Virus record (IMG/VR): IMGVR_UViG_3300027503_000009
Length of the DNA stretch: 64,000 bases
Strand: one strand, 5' to 3'
Origin: a virus
The notes under the pieces are model-generated. The model was not told the DNA's origin. It was given only the letters and a program-made list of their open reading frames with translations, and did no database searches. Below, one piece after another: positions 1-9,871 of this stretch. Position 1 is the first letter of the stretch. Each line of letters begins with the position of its first letter. A program made the position numbers and the translations under genes.

Positions 1-15
1 AAGTTTGTCTCCCAC

Positions 16-44
16 TTGACAAACCTTTTTTGTCATGCTATACT
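16..44 (+). promoter_or_regulatory. sigma70-type promoter upstream of primase
   Basis: TTGACA(16-21)-17 bp-TATACT(39-44). Confidence 0.8.
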
Positions 45-55
45 AGTGATAGATT

Positions 56-1087
56 ATGTTTCTTATTGATAAAAAGTATATTGATATGATGAGCGGCAAT
101 CTGCCGAAATTCTCGTGGACTAGCTCAAATACAGCAACATGCAGATGCCCAATCTGCGGTGATTCCAAAAAAAATCCGAATAAAAAGCGTGGTTATCTTT
201 ACGAACGTGAAGGATACTTTTACTATAAGTGTCATAATTGTGGTGTATCTCATTCATTAAAACGTTTTATTGAATTAATTGATCCATATCTATATAACGA
301 ATATGTAATGGAGCGATATAAAACTAATGTTGTGTCTTCTATTGTAATTGCTAAAACTAAACCTGAATTTGATTACAATCAGATTTATCGTGAGAATAAA
401 GTTGACACAATTAAACAAGAATTTTTAAAATTTTCTACACCATGCTCAGAATTATCTGATAATCATTTTTGTAAAACTTATTTACAAGATAGGAAAATTT
501 CATCTGATAAATTTTCTGAATTATATTTCACTGATGATTTCAAGAAATTTGCAAATCATTTTGGAAACACTGAAACAAAACTACAAGAAAAAGAACAAAG
601 ACTTATTATTCCATTTTTCAATGCTGATAATGATTTAATTTGTTTTCAAGGTAGAAGTTTCTCGAATGTTGGTAATCGTTATATTACAATTAAAGTAAAA
701 GATGAACATAAAATTTATGGCATGAATAAAGTAGATATTCTAAAGACTGTCTACATATTAGAAGGACCAATTGATTCAATGTTTATTGATAATGCAATTG
801 CTGTAGCTGGTTCCGAATTCCAAAGTGCTATCAAAAATTTCACATTTGATTATGTTTGTGTTCTTGATAACCAACCTAGAAATAAAGAAGTAGTCGATAA
901 TTATTTTAAACTAATTGGTAACAATCATAAAATTGTTATTTGGAATGAATCTTTTTCTGACAAAAAAGACATTAATGCAATGATTTTAGATGGTAAGTCG
1001 AAAGAAGAAGTGTTTAATTTTATTAAACAAAATACATTTTCTGGACTTCGTGCTAGAGTTGAATTTAATAAGTGGAGAAAAATATGA
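56..1087 (+). CDS. gp61: DNA primase (T4 gp61-like)
   Basis: N-terminal Zn finger CPICGDS...CHNCG, TOPRIM motif EGPIDSMF, KDIN motif. Confidence 0.95.
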   Translation: MFLIDKKYIDMMSGNLPKFSWTSSNTATCRCPICGDSKKNPNKKRGYLYEREGYFYYKCHNCGVSHSLKRFIELIDPYLYNEYVMERYKTNVVSSIVIAKTKPEFDYNQIYRENKVDTIKQEFLKFSTPCSELSDNHFCKTYLQDRKISSDKFSELYFTDDFKKFANHFGNTETKLQEKEQRLIIPFFNADNDLICFQGRSFSNVGNRYITIKVKDEHKIYGMNKVDILKTVYILEGPIDSMFIDNAIAVAGSEFQSAIKNFTFDYVCVLDNQPRNKEVVDNYFKLIGNNHKIVIWNESFSDKKDINAMILDGKSKEEVFNFIKQNTFSGLRARVEFNKWRKI

Positions 1088-1314
1088 AATATTGGCAATA
1101 TGTTTATCCTTCTGATGGTCATTATAATTATGGTGTTGAAACATATTCTGATGATGACATTATTAATGAATATTGGGATTATTGGAAAGATAAAATGATT
1201 TGTCAGGAACTTGAAGAAGAAATTAGTAGAGAAAATTGTATTGATGATTGGGTAGTAATTAATTGGGCATTTGAAATTACAGAAGAAGAATATAAAAAAA
1301 CAAAAGGGATTTAA
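1084..1314 (+). CDS. hypothetical phage protein
   Basis: ORF overlapping primase stop; Trp/acidic-rich. Confidence 0.7.
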   Translation: MKYWQYVYPSDGHYNYGVETYSDDDIINEYWDYWKDKMICQELEEEISRENCIDDWVVINWAFEITEEEYKKTKGI

Positions 1315-1315
1315 T

Positions 1316-1684
1316 ATGTATACATATAACGCAAAAGTTGTAAGAGTGGTTGATGGTGATACCATTCTTTGTGATATTGATTTGGGATTTCATGTTAATA
1401 TCAGAAAGTCTGTTAGATTGGATGGAATTGATACACCAGAAAAAAATTCAAGAGTTGTTTCCGAAAGGGAAAAAGCAGCTAAAGCAACAGCAAGAACAAA
1501 ATATACTTTAGAAAACAAAATTGTGTTTATCAAAACAAGACTAGATGATAATGATAAGTATGGACGTGTTTTAGGTTATATTTTCGAAACAAAAAATGAT
1601 TTGGATAATAATCAATCATTTAATGATAAGTTAATTAATGAAGGATTAGCTTACATTTATGATGGAGGAAAAAAGAATGTATAA
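1316..1684 (+). CDS. thermonuclease (SNase-like) family nuclease
   Basis: VVRVVDGDT, VRLDGIDTPE, DKYGRVLG, N..LI.EGLA motifs; ATG at 1316 is more plausible than the ORF-track start. Confidence 0.9.
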   Translation: MYTYNAKVVRVVDGDTILCDIDLGFHVNIRKSVRLDGIDTPEKNSRVVSEREKAAKATARTKYTLENKIVFIKTRLDDNDKYGRVLGYIFETKNDLDNNQSFNDKLINEGLAYIYDGGKKNV

Positions 1685-2372
1685 GAATTATGAAGATATT
1701 CTTTCCGTTAACTTAATTTCCTACACACAACCAGACGATCAATTTTTTAACAACAAATTTCTTCAAGATGGAATCACAAACTTAATTACATATTGTGCAA
1801 GAGTTTCTAATCCATCCAATCAAAATAATATTGAAACATCTGACAAGTTAATCAATTATCTAATCAAAAATAAACACTGGTCGCCATTTGAAATGACCAA
1901 TGTTTGTCTTGAAGTTACATCAACAAGAGATATTGTTAGACAGATTCTAAGACATAGATCTTTTTCTTTCCAAGAATTTTCACAAAGATATGCAGATCCA
2001 ACAAAAGAATTAGAATTTTGTTTAAGAGAATGTAGACTTCAAGATACAAAGAATAGACAAAATTCAATTTCACTTGATGATGAATTTACAAATTATCAAT
2101 TGGCTAACACTTGGGAACAATTACAGACAGAAGTAATTAGTATTGCAAAATTAAACTATGAATATGCAATTTCTCAGGGTGTTGCTAAAGAAGTAGCAAG
2201 AGTTCTTTTACCAGAAGGTAATACAGTTTCAAGAGTTTATATTAACGGCACAATTCGTTCTTGGATTCATTACATTGAAGTTCGTGATGGTAATGGTACA
2301 CAGAAAGAACATATGTTGGTTGCTCATGCTTGTGCTGAAGCAATAAATAAAATTTTCCCTTATATTAAGTAG
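1677..2372 (+). CDS. thyX: flavin-dependent thymidylate synthase ThyX
   Basis: HWSPFE and RHRSFSFQEFSQRY signature, E.AR.LLP. Confidence 0.95.
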   Translation: MYKNYEDILSVNLISYTQPDDQFFNNKFLQDGITNLITYCARVSNPSNQNNIETSDKLINYLIKNKHWSPFEMTNVCLEVTSTRDIVRQILRHRSFSFQEFSQRYADPTKELEFCLRECRLQDTKNRQNSISLDDEFTNYQLANTWEQLQTEVISIAKLNYEYAISQGVAKEVARVLLPEGNTVSRVYINGTIRSWIHYIEVRDGNGTQKEHMLVAHACAEAINKIFPYIK

Positions 2373-2377
2373 ATAAT

Positions 2378-2575
2378 ATGAAGTTCATAAATTCAAAAGA
2401 ATGGTTTCCTGAACACGGAGCATTCCAAACAATTAGAGAAAATAATAGACCTGTCGCTAGACATATGATTTGTGATGAACTTAGAAACGATTTTAAAAAT
2501 ATTTCAAAAAGAATATATGAATCATATGGTTTGCTGCAAGCAGAAACAGATGGTTATTGGGTTTATTTTAGATAG
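2378..2575 (+). CDS. hypothetical protein
   Basis: compact ORF within the operon. Confidence 0.6.
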   Translation: MKFINSKEWFPEHGAFQTIRENNRPVARHMICDELRNDFKNISKRIYESYGLLQAETDGYWVYFR

Positions 2576-2584
2576 GAGTTTTAG

Positions 2585-4366
2585 ATGCCAGAATATCTAG
2601 GTATTAATATTGATTATTCAAGAGATTCTCTCTTTGATGAATTAGGTCTAAAGAGATTAAAAGAATCCTATATGAGAGAAGATGAAACTTCTCCACAAGA
2701 AAGATTTGCATTTGTTGCTAATAAATTTGGTTCTAATCCAGAACATGCACAAAGACTATATGATTATGCATCTAAACATTGGTTAAGTTTTTCTACACCA
2801 ATTCTTTCATTTGGTCGCACAAAGAAAGGCTTACCAATTTCTTGCTTTTTAAATTATATTAATGACACATCTGAAGGATTATCAGATACGTTAACTGAAA
2901 CAAATTGGTTATCCATGTTAGGAGGCGGCGTTGGAATTGGTTTTGGGATTCGTTCTGCTAGTGACAAGTCTACTGGGGTTATGCCTCATCTTAAAATTTA
3001 TGATGCGTCTTGTCTTGCATATCGTCAAGGGACTACTCGCAGGGGTAGTTATGCTGCTTATCTTGACATTTCTCATCCCGATATTATTAATTTTATTGAG
3101 ATGAGAAAGCCAACCGGAGATCCTAATCTCCGTTGTCTTAATATGCATCATGGTGTAAATATTCCAGATGCATTTATGGAAATTATTGAAAATTGTATGA
3201 AAGATCCAAATTTCGATGATACATGGGAATTAAAAGATCCAAATACAAATGAAGTGAAGGAAACAATTTCTGCAAGAGAACTTTGGCAGCGTTTACTTGA
3301 AATGCGTATGCAAACAGGCGAACCATATTTTCACTTTATTGATGAATCAAATAGAAAGTTACCAGAATTCTTAAAAGAAAAAGGTTTGAAAATTAATCAA
3401 TCAAATCTTTGTTCAGAAGTTATTCTTCCAACATCTTATAAAAGAACTGCTGTTTGTTGTTTATCATCTGTAAATGATGAATATTTTGATGAATGGAAAA
3501 ATGATAAATTATTTCTTGCAGATGTTGCGGAGATGCTTGATAATGTGCTACAATATTTTATAGATAATGCTCCAAAGACAATTTCCAGAGCAATCTATTC
3601 AGCAAAACAAGAACGTTCTATTGGTGTTGGTCAATTAGGTTTCCATGCATTTCTACAGTCGAAGATGATTCCTTTTGAATCAGTTGCTGCTAGAATTGCA
3701 AATAAAATGATTGCGAAGCATATTCATGACGAATTAGACAAAGCAAACTTTGCTCTTGGTACTATTCGTGGTGAAGCTCCTGATGCTGTTGGAACAGGAA
3801 AGAGATTTTCCCATACAATTGCAATTGCTCCAAATGCTTCTTCTTCAATTATCATGGGAAATACTTCACCTTCAGTTGAACCATACAAAGCAAATGCTTA
3901 TAGACAAGATACACTTTCTGGATCTTATTTAACTAAAAATAAGTTCTTGAATAAAATTATCAAAGAAAGAGTTAGTGAAGATTCACAAGAAATCTGGTCA
4001 TCTATTATTGCTAATGGTGGATCAGTTCAACATTTAGATATTCTTTCAGATGATGAAAAACTTGTATTTAAAACTGCTATTGAAATTGATCAGCGTTGGA
4101 TTATTGAACATGCATCAGTTAGACAAGAATATATTGATCAAGGACAATCTATTAATTTATTCTTTAAGCCTGACGTAAATGTTAAATATCTTCATGCTAT
4201 TCATTTCTTAGCATGGAAGCAAAAGTTAAAAACACTTTATTATTGCAGATCAGAAAAGATTGCAAAAGCAGATAAAGTATCAGAAAAAATTGAAAGAAAG
4301 AGAATTGAAGAAATTGACATGAAGCAACTAGCAGATGGTGAAAGTTGCATTATGTGTGAAGGTTAA
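2585..4366 (+). CDS. nrdA: ribonucleotide reductase class I alpha subunit (short form, no ATP cone evident)
   Basis: ISCFL, GGGVG, SNLCSE, APNASSS, KTLYY, C-terminal CxxC. Confidence 0.97.
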   Translation: MPEYLGINIDYSRDSLFDELGLKRLKESYMREDETSPQERFAFVANKFGSNPEHAQRLYDYASKHWLSFSTPILSFGRTKKGLPISCFLNYINDTSEGLSDTLTETNWLSMLGGGVGIGFGIRSASDKSTGVMPHLKIYDASCLAYRQGTTRRGSYAAYLDISHPDIINFIEMRKPTGDPNLRCLNMHHGVNIPDAFMEIIENCMKDPNFDDTWELKDPNTNEVKETISARELWQRLLEMRMQTGEPYFHFIDESNRKLPEFLKEKGLKINQSNLCSEVILPTSYKRTAVCCLSSVNDEYFDEWKNDKLFLADVAEMLDNVLQYFIDNAPKTISRAIYSAKQERSIGVGQLGFHAFLQSKMIPFESVAARIANKMIAKHIHDELDKANFALGTIRGEAPDAVGTGKRFSHTIAIAPNASSSIIMGNTSPSVEPYKANAYRQDTLSGSYLTKNKFLNKIIKERVSEDSQEIWSSIIANGGSVQHLDILSDDEKLVFKTAIEIDQRWIIEHASVRQEYIDQGQSINLFFKPDVNVKYLHAIHFLAWKQKLKTLYYCRSEKIAKADKVSEKIERKRIEEIDMKQLADGESCIMCEG

Positions 4367-4368
4367 AT

Positions 4369-4626
4369 ATGGCATCATTTATTCAAGAATTAATTAGCGC
4401 AAAACTTTCTTATGAAACAAAACTGGCAACATTAGAGGAAATGGTATTTCATCTATTTCCAGACGAAGATATAGACGATATTGAATTTGATTGGTATGAT
4501 TCATCAATCTGTATTAATTTATCAAAATCTTATCCAAAAGAAAAATTTATTCAATTATTTGATATGGGTTTAGAAAAAATCCATATCAAGAAAACAGCAA
4601 TTTTCGAAACTATATCAAAGGACTAA
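4369..4626 (+). CDS. hypothetical protein
   Basis: ORF tightly packed between nrdA and nrdB. Confidence 0.65.
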   Translation: MASFIQELISAKLSYETKLATLEEMVFHLFPDEDIDDIEFDWYDSSICINLSKSYPKEKFIQLFDMGLEKIHIKKTAIFETISKD

Positions 4627-4627
4627 T

Positions 4628-5608
4628 ATGACTAAGAAAAAGAATCAGTTAAAATTAACAGATGAAAGAAGTTATTTTAAACCTTTTACTTATCCTTGGG
4701 CATATGAAGCTTGGTTAAAACATGAGCAGTCTCATTGGTTACATACAGAAGTAGAAATGCTTCAGGATGTAAAGGATTGGAAACAAAAATTAACAGAAAA
4801 TGAAAAATACTTTCTTACACAAATTTTCCGCTTTTTCACGCAAGGTGATATCGACGTTGCATCTGCTTATGTCAACAACTACTTACCATTATTTCCGCAG
4901 CCTGAGATAAGAATGATGTTGCTTGGTTTTGGTGCAAGAGAAGCTTTACATGTTGCTGCATATTCGCATCTTGTAGAAACTCTTGGTTTACCAGAAACCA
5001 CTTATAATGAATTTCTTGAATATAAGGAAATGGCTGAAAAGCACGAATATATTCAAGAAATTTCTGATTTAGAACCAAATGAAATTGCAAAACAAATTGC
5101 ATGTTTCTCTGCATTTACTGAAGGAATGCAATTATTTTCTTCATTTATTATGTTACTAAATTTTCCAAGACATGGTAAGATGAAGGGCATGGGTCAGATT
5201 GTAACATGGTCTATCGTTGACGAAACAATGCACACAGAATCAATGATTAAGTTGTTCAGAACTTATATCTCAGAAAATCCAGATATTTGGACTGATGAAT
5301 TAAAATCATCAATTTATACCATCGCAACAAAAATGGTTGAATTAGAAGATAAATTTATTGATCTTTCTTTCCAAATGGGAGAAATGCAGAATTTAACAGC
5401 AGATGATGTAAAGAAGTATATTCGTTATATTGCTGACAGAAGATTAATTTCTCTTGGTATGAAAGGTATTTTCAAAGTTAAGAAAAATCCATTACCTTGG
5501 GTTGAAGAAATGATCAATGCGCCAATTCATGGTAATTTCTTTGAGCAAAGAGTTACAGATTATGCAAAGGGTGCGTTAACTGGATCTTGGGAAGATGTGT
5601 GGGGATAA
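4628..5608 (+). CDS. nrdB: ribonucleotide reductase class I beta subunit
   Basis: EALH..AY, EGMQLFSSF, DETMH, NFFE..VTDY. Confidence 0.97.
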   Translation: MTKKKNQLKLTDERSYFKPFTYPWAYEAWLKHEQSHWLHTEVEMLQDVKDWKQKLTENEKYFLTQIFRFFTQGDIDVASAYVNNYLPLFPQPEIRMMLLGFGAREALHVAAYSHLVETLGLPETTYNEFLEYKEMAEKHEYIQEISDLEPNEIAKQIACFSAFTEGMQLFSSFIMLLNFPRHGKMKGMGQIVTWSIVDETMHTESMIKLFRTYISENPDIWTDELKSSIYTIATKMVELEDKFIDLSFQMGEMQNLTADDVKKYIRYIADRRLISLGMKGIFKVKKNPLPWVEEMINAPIHGNFFEQRVTDYAKGALTGSWEDVWG

Positions 5609-5613
5609 TTCGT

Positions 5614-5781
5614 ATGAATATTCAAAAGCCGCCTGTATTTGATGCGATTGAACATGTTTGGTATATTGAAGACGAGAATGGTAATATTATTAGAGTGACA
5701 GATGAATTTTATAGAAACGAGTTAATTAATTGGACTAGGATAATCAAATTATCAGGTAAAGAAATTGACGATGAGATATAA
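5614..5781 (+). CDS. hypothetical protein
   Basis: short ORF after nrdB. Confidence 0.5.
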   Translation: MNIQKPPVFDAIEHVWYIEDENGNIIRVTDEFYRNELINWTRIIKLSGKEIDDEI

Positions 5782-5873
5782 AGGATTTACAAGCATTATA
5801 ATATGTCACTAATACCAATTGGAACATATCCAGATAATTTTGATATTGAAACTAATTTTTAAAAAGGAATAAT

Positions 5874-6170
5874 ATGTATAATAAAAATGACATTGTATCA
5901 TTTAAATTAATTAATGGTGAAGAAATGATTTCACGATTTATATCGGAATTAGATAATTCTTATATTGTTGAAAAGCCACTTACACTTTTTCAAACACAAC
6001 AGGGATTATCTTTAATTCCATCTTTAGTCACTGTGAACTTAGATAATGAAATTAGAATCAATAAGTCTGCAATTGCAATTCACGCAAAATCTAGAGATGA
6101 AATGATGTCTGCATGGATGGAAGCAACAAGTGGTTTAGTTGCACCAAAAAATTCAAAATTAGTAATTTAA
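5874..6170 (+). CDS. conserved T4-like phage small protein (probable SH3/Sm-like barrel)
   Basis: SD aagga; FKLINGEEMI...Y..EKP pattern. Confidence 0.7.
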   Translation: MYNKNDIVSFKLINGEEMISRFISELDNSYIVEKPLTLFQTQQGLSLIPSLVTVNLDNEIRINKSAIAIHAKSRDEMMSAWMEATSGLVAPKNSKLVI

Positions 6171-6186
6171 ATTTAAAGAGGTAAGA

Positions 6187-6303
6187 ATGGAAAACGAAGA
6201 TAAAAAAGCAACAGAAACAAAAGAAAAAATTACAAAAATAGAAGAAAAAATTGCTAAATTAGAAAAATCTTTGGAAAAACTAAAGAAGACCTTAAATAAC
6301 TAA
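6187..6303 (+). CDS. small coiled-coil peptide (38 aa)
   Basis: SD gagg; heptad-like KIEEKIAKLEKSLEKLKK; below ORF-track cutoff. Confidence 0.5.
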   Translation: MENEDKKATETKEKITKIEEKIAKLEKSLEKLKKTLNN

Positions 6304-6358
6304 GGTCTTCCCTGTCCACGATATTTTTTAAAACTTCTTTTCTTACTTTTATTCATTG

Positions 6359-6398
6359 AAGACCGCTTAGGATCACGAATGTCCTGGGCGGTCTTTTT
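6359..6398 (+). terminator. intrinsic terminator
   Basis: aagaccgcttagga...tcctgggcggtctt stem followed by T tract. Confidence 0.6.
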
Positions 6399-6483
6399 CC
6401 ATTTTGATCTGCTTTCTAATCTTGTACCTTCATCAAATTTCAATCTTGCCATTAATTTTCTCCTGAAACTATATATAAGAGAT

Positions 6484-6726
6484 ATGAAAGAATATTTGCA
6501 AGAAGAATTAAAAACAAAATCATTTCTTATTTCTTTTAAATTTTGTGATAAAAAAGTAAGAAGTTACAAGATAACACTAAATAAAGATATAATACCAAAA
6601 GAAGCATTTTTAACTATTGGTCCAGAAACAAAATTTGCAACTGTGTGGGACATAGAAAATGAAAAATGGATAGCTTTTAGTTGGGATAAAATTTATAAAT
6701 TGGAAGAAATAAATGGCACAATATAA
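6484..6726 (+). CDS. small SH3/WYL-like beta-barrel phage protein
   Basis: R.Y..TL...IP...VWDIENEKWIAF.W pattern; ATG at 6484. Confidence 0.65.
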   Translation: MKEYLQEELKTKSFLISFKFCDKKVRSYKITLNKDIIPKEAFLTIGPETKFATVWDIENEKWIAFSWDKIYKLEEINGTI

Positions 6727-8065
6727 TAAAACATTACAACAAGTAGAAGCAATTGCACAAGAACCGAGATATGAAATAGTTGTTCTTGCTGATGAAAAAG
6801 GATCACAAATTGATAATTATAATCCATTAGATATTAATATTTCTAATGGTCAAATAGATGCATTTGGTAGAATAAGAATTTCAGATCAATTTACATTAGG
6901 TGATTATAAACATCTTTATGGAATTGATCCAAATTTTCTTGATGTAATAACTTCAAGTGCTACTATTACACATCTTCCAAATCAAGCTTGTGCCAGATTA
7001 GCTGTTACTTCAACTCCAGGCAGTAAAATAATCCATCAAACAAAATTTTATCATCATTACATGCCAGGAAAAAGTCAATTAATTAAAACGACTTTTAATT
7101 TTTATGCAGCAACTGCTGGAGTAAGAAAAAGAACAGGTTATTTCGATGCCAATAACGGAATATTTTTTGAACAAACAGGAACTGGTGAATTAGCTTTTAA
7201 TATTAGAACTTATGTTTCAGGATCTACTGACGATTCTACAAATAGAGTTACGCAACAAAATTGGAACATAGATAAATGTGATGGAACAGGAAGAAGTGGT
7301 TTTAACTTAGACATAACCAAAACACAAATTTTCTTCACAGATTTCCAATGGTTGGGTGTTGGTAGAGTTCGTTGTGGATTTGTACATGATGGTAAAATTA
7401 TAGTTGCACATGAATATTATAATTCAAACAACAAACCAACAGTTTACATGTCAAATCCAAATCTACCAATTAGATGTGAAATAGAAAATGTAAATGGTTC
7501 TTCTGCTGCATATATGGATCAAATTTGTTCAACTGTTGTCGCAGAAGGTGGTTATGCTGAAGTTGGTCAAGATTGGGCAACTGCTTCACCTTCACTAAGA
7601 ACTCTTAGTGCATCATCAACACTTCCAATATTAGCAATTCGTTTAAAAAATACATTTAATACATATGAGAATAGAATGATTGTTAGATTAATGGCAACAA
7701 ATGTTTTTAGTGATGGTGAAAATATACATTATAAAATTATAAAACTACCTAATGTTTCTAATTTAAGTGGTGGATCTTGGAACGATGTACATACAAACAG
7801 TGGAATTGAATATAATGCAACAGCTACATCATATACAGATGGCGAAGAAATAGATAATGGTTATGTTTCAGCAGCATCACAAAACGCAAACAAACTATAT
7901 GGAACATCTTCTCCAGCAAAAATAGGTCCAACAGCAAAAAAGAATTATATTGTGCAAAATTATACATCAACAGATTCAGAAATTTATGTTGTTGTAGCAA
8001 AAAATCTTTCAACAGTAAATTCAACAGGTGTTGGTGTTGGGATGCAATGGAGAGAAATATATTAA
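6713..8065 (+). CDS. probable virion structural / beta-rich protein
   Basis: 450 aa; DAFGRIRIS, YMPGKS, FQWLGVG.VR.GF motifs; Ser/Thr/Asn-rich. Confidence 0.55.
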   Translation: MAQYNKTLQQVEAIAQEPRYEIVVLADEKGSQIDNYNPLDINISNGQIDAFGRIRISDQFTLGDYKHLYGIDPNFLDVITSSATITHLPNQACARLAVTSTPGSKIIHQTKFYHHYMPGKSQLIKTTFNFYAATAGVRKRTGYFDANNGIFFEQTGTGELAFNIRTYVSGSTDDSTNRVTQQNWNIDKCDGTGRSGFNLDITKTQIFFTDFQWLGVGRVRCGFVHDGKIIVAHEYYNSNNKPTVYMSNPNLPIRCEIENVNGSSAAYMDQICSTVVAEGGYAEVGQDWATASPSLRTLSASSTLPILAIRLKNTFNTYENRMIVRLMATNVFSDGENIHYKIIKLPNVSNLSGGSWNDVHTNSGIEYNATATSYTDGEEIDNGYVSAASQNANKLYGTSSPAKIGPTAKKNYIVQNYTSTDSEIYVVVAKNLSTVNSTGVGVGMQWREIY

Positions 8066-8077
8066 AGAGGTAAAAAC

Positions 8078-8266
8078 ATGGATGAGAAAATTTTAAATTA
8101 TTTTTTGAACAACGCTTCACCAGCACAAATTATAGATTTTCAAAAAAAGAAAACCATAACACAAAAGTATAAATATCTTTTGCAGTTTGATTGGATAAAT
8201 CAAGATCAATACACAAAGTATACAAGGAAGAAAAATGAAAACAAAACTTTATTGCGAAGTGTGTGA
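8078..8266 (+). CDS. hypothetical protein
   Basis: SD gagg; 62 aa. Confidence 0.55.
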   Translation: MDEKILNYFLNNASPAQIIDFQKKKTITQKYKYLLQFDWINQDQYTKYTRKKNENKTLLRSV

Positions 8267-8408
8267 TTTAGAATTTACAGTAAATGCAAAAAACACATCA
8301 GTGCCAGTAAAATTCTGCCCTTTCTGCGGCACACACGACGAAGAATCTTTTGATTTTCTAAAAGATGACGAAGACGATTATCCAGAAGAACCTGAAGATG
8401 AATATTAA
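8235..8408 (+). CDS. small Zn-ribbon protein with acidic tail (57 aa)
   Basis: MKTKLYCEVC...FCPFCG...DDEDDYPEEPEDEY; not in ORF track. Confidence 0.7.
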   Translation: MKTKLYCEVCDLEFTVNAKNTSVPVKFCPFCGTHDEESFDFLKDDEDDYPEEPEDEY

Positions 8409-8423
8409 TGACGAAGTACATCA

Positions 8424-8996
8424 ATGCTTTATATTGGAATTGATTATTCTATAACATCACCCTCAATTTGCACATTCTATGGAGACAAAAAATCTTTTGA
8501 TCCTAGAATGTGCAATTTCTTTTATTACAACAAAACAAAACAAATTTCTCCTCTTGAATTTGTACACCAAACAACACCACCAGAAAATTACAAATCCCCA
8601 ATCAACAGATTTACCTTAATAGCAAACTGGACAATTAGATGCATTGATATAACAAAACAAGCATATGATTATCCAGAAACTATGATAATCATAGAAGATT
8701 ATTCATTTGGATCAAAAGGTAAGATATTTGAATTAGCAGAAAATTGTGGAATAATGAAATATATGTTAGAAGTGGAAAATTACAAATATCAAAAAATTGC
8801 TCCTACCACATTAAAGAAATATGCAACAAGTTCAGGTAGAAGCAATAAAGATGATATGTATGATAAATTTTTTGAAGAAACACAGTTAAAGCTAAAAGAA
8901 ACATTCTCAAAAAAGAAAATTAAAATATCTTCACCTGTATCAGATTTGGTAGATAGTTATTACTTGTGTAAATATCTGGTGTTTCCACCAGAATAA
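8424..8996 (+). CDS. RuvC-like Holliday junction resolvase / RNase H-fold nuclease
   Basis: YIGIDYS...IIIEDYSFGS...LKKYAT..G..NK...DLVDSY. Confidence 0.8.
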   Translation: MLYIGIDYSITSPSICTFYGDKKSFDPRMCNFFYYNKTKQISPLEFVHQTTPPENYKSPINRFTLIANWTIRCIDITKQAYDYPETMIIIEDYSFGSKGKIFELAENCGIMKYMLEVENYKYQKIAPTTLKKYATSSGRSNKDDMYDKFFEETQLKLKETFSKKKIKISSPVSDLVDSYYLCKYLVFPPE

Positions 8997-9033
8997 AAAC
9001 ATCTGGTGTTTCCACCAGAATAAAAACATCTGG
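8974..9033. repeat. 27-bp tandem repeat (2 copies + partial), each with a 7-bp hairpin
   Basis: atctggtgtttccaccagaataaaaac x2; tctggtg/caccaga stem. Confidence 0.9.
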
Positions 9034-9181
9034 GGAAAAAATTCTGGGGGAAAAATTTTTGGCGGGAAAAATTTTGGGGGGAATTTTTTTATTTTTTTAG
9101 ATTGTGTTAGGTTGGGTGTGTTTTCTGGGGAAAAGAAATAAAGTTTTTTAAAGTGGGGGATAATACATAATACCCTACCGG

Positions 9182-9199
9182 GGGAGTACTAGTACTCCC
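9182..9199. repeat. 18-bp perfect palindrome
   Basis: gggagtactagtactccc. Confidence 0.95.
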
Positions 9200-9236
9200 A
9201 CTTTAAGGTTGTGTTAGTACTAGTACCAAAAGGGGC

Positions 9237-9473
9237 TTAAGCCCCTTTTGCCAGCCACCAGTCGCATGATTGTTTGAGTATAGTTTGGGCCTCACCCAAA
9301 ACCCAATCACGGTGATCGTCGCTCATCTTATAGTAAGGATCAATCCGGAGATTATCCAGAATCGTTTGAAAAAATTCGGGATTGTTTTCGTTCCCCACAA
9401 TTAAATCAGCATACGCCAGCAAAATTTTGCTGGCGGAGTTGCGGTCATTCAACATCTTCAGTAACTTTTCCAT
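9237..9473 (-). CDS. hypothetical early protein
   Basis: 78 aa ORF; promoter-like ttgaca upstream. Confidence 0.7.
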   Translation of the reverse strand: MEKLLKMLNDRNSASKILLAYADLIVGNENNPEFFQTILDNLRIDPYYKMSDDHRDWVLGEAQTILKQSCDWWLAKGA

Positions 9474-9510
9474 AATTCATTCTCCCATGAAAACGTGGTT
9501 TCTGTCAATG

Positions 9511-9538
9511 AAAAAAAGGGGGTTTCCCCCCTTTTTTT
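9511..9538. terminator. bidirectional intrinsic terminator
   Basis: A tract-ggggg-ttt(c)-ccccc-T tract. Confidence 0.8.
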
Positions 9539-9745
9539 CTACTCAAACGTGATAACGTTGAAACCCAACGCCTTGAAAATATCGGTCAATTCTTCGACCG
9601 ATTCACCGTCCCATTCCGGCTCAAACTCCGGAAAGTTCCATTCCCCCTCAGCCATCATTTCCTGCAATTCCTGATCCGTAGGACCGGACATTTCCTCGCA
9701 GTTAATCTGCGTGTCGAAATCGTCAAATTCGAAATTGTTGGTCAT
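9539..9745 (-). CDS. small highly acidic protein
   Basis: 68 aa, D/E and F/W rich; tandem aagg SD motifs. Confidence 0.75.
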   Translation of the reverse strand: MTNNFEFDDFDTQINCEEMSGPTDQELQEMMAEGEWNFPEFEPEWDGESVEELTDIFKALGFNVITFE

Positions 9746-9871
9746 TTTCCTTTTCCTTTTCCTTTTCTGTAGTGGTGTATCCCCTACACCTATAGATTAC
9801 CACACTATCGGACAGAATCAAACGAAAAATGACGGGAAACGATATTTTTTTCGTTTCCCGTCATGACGGGA

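Noticed and set aside
8974-9033. 27-bp palindromic repeat as a mini-CRISPR
   Set aside because: Copies are directly adjacent with no spacer
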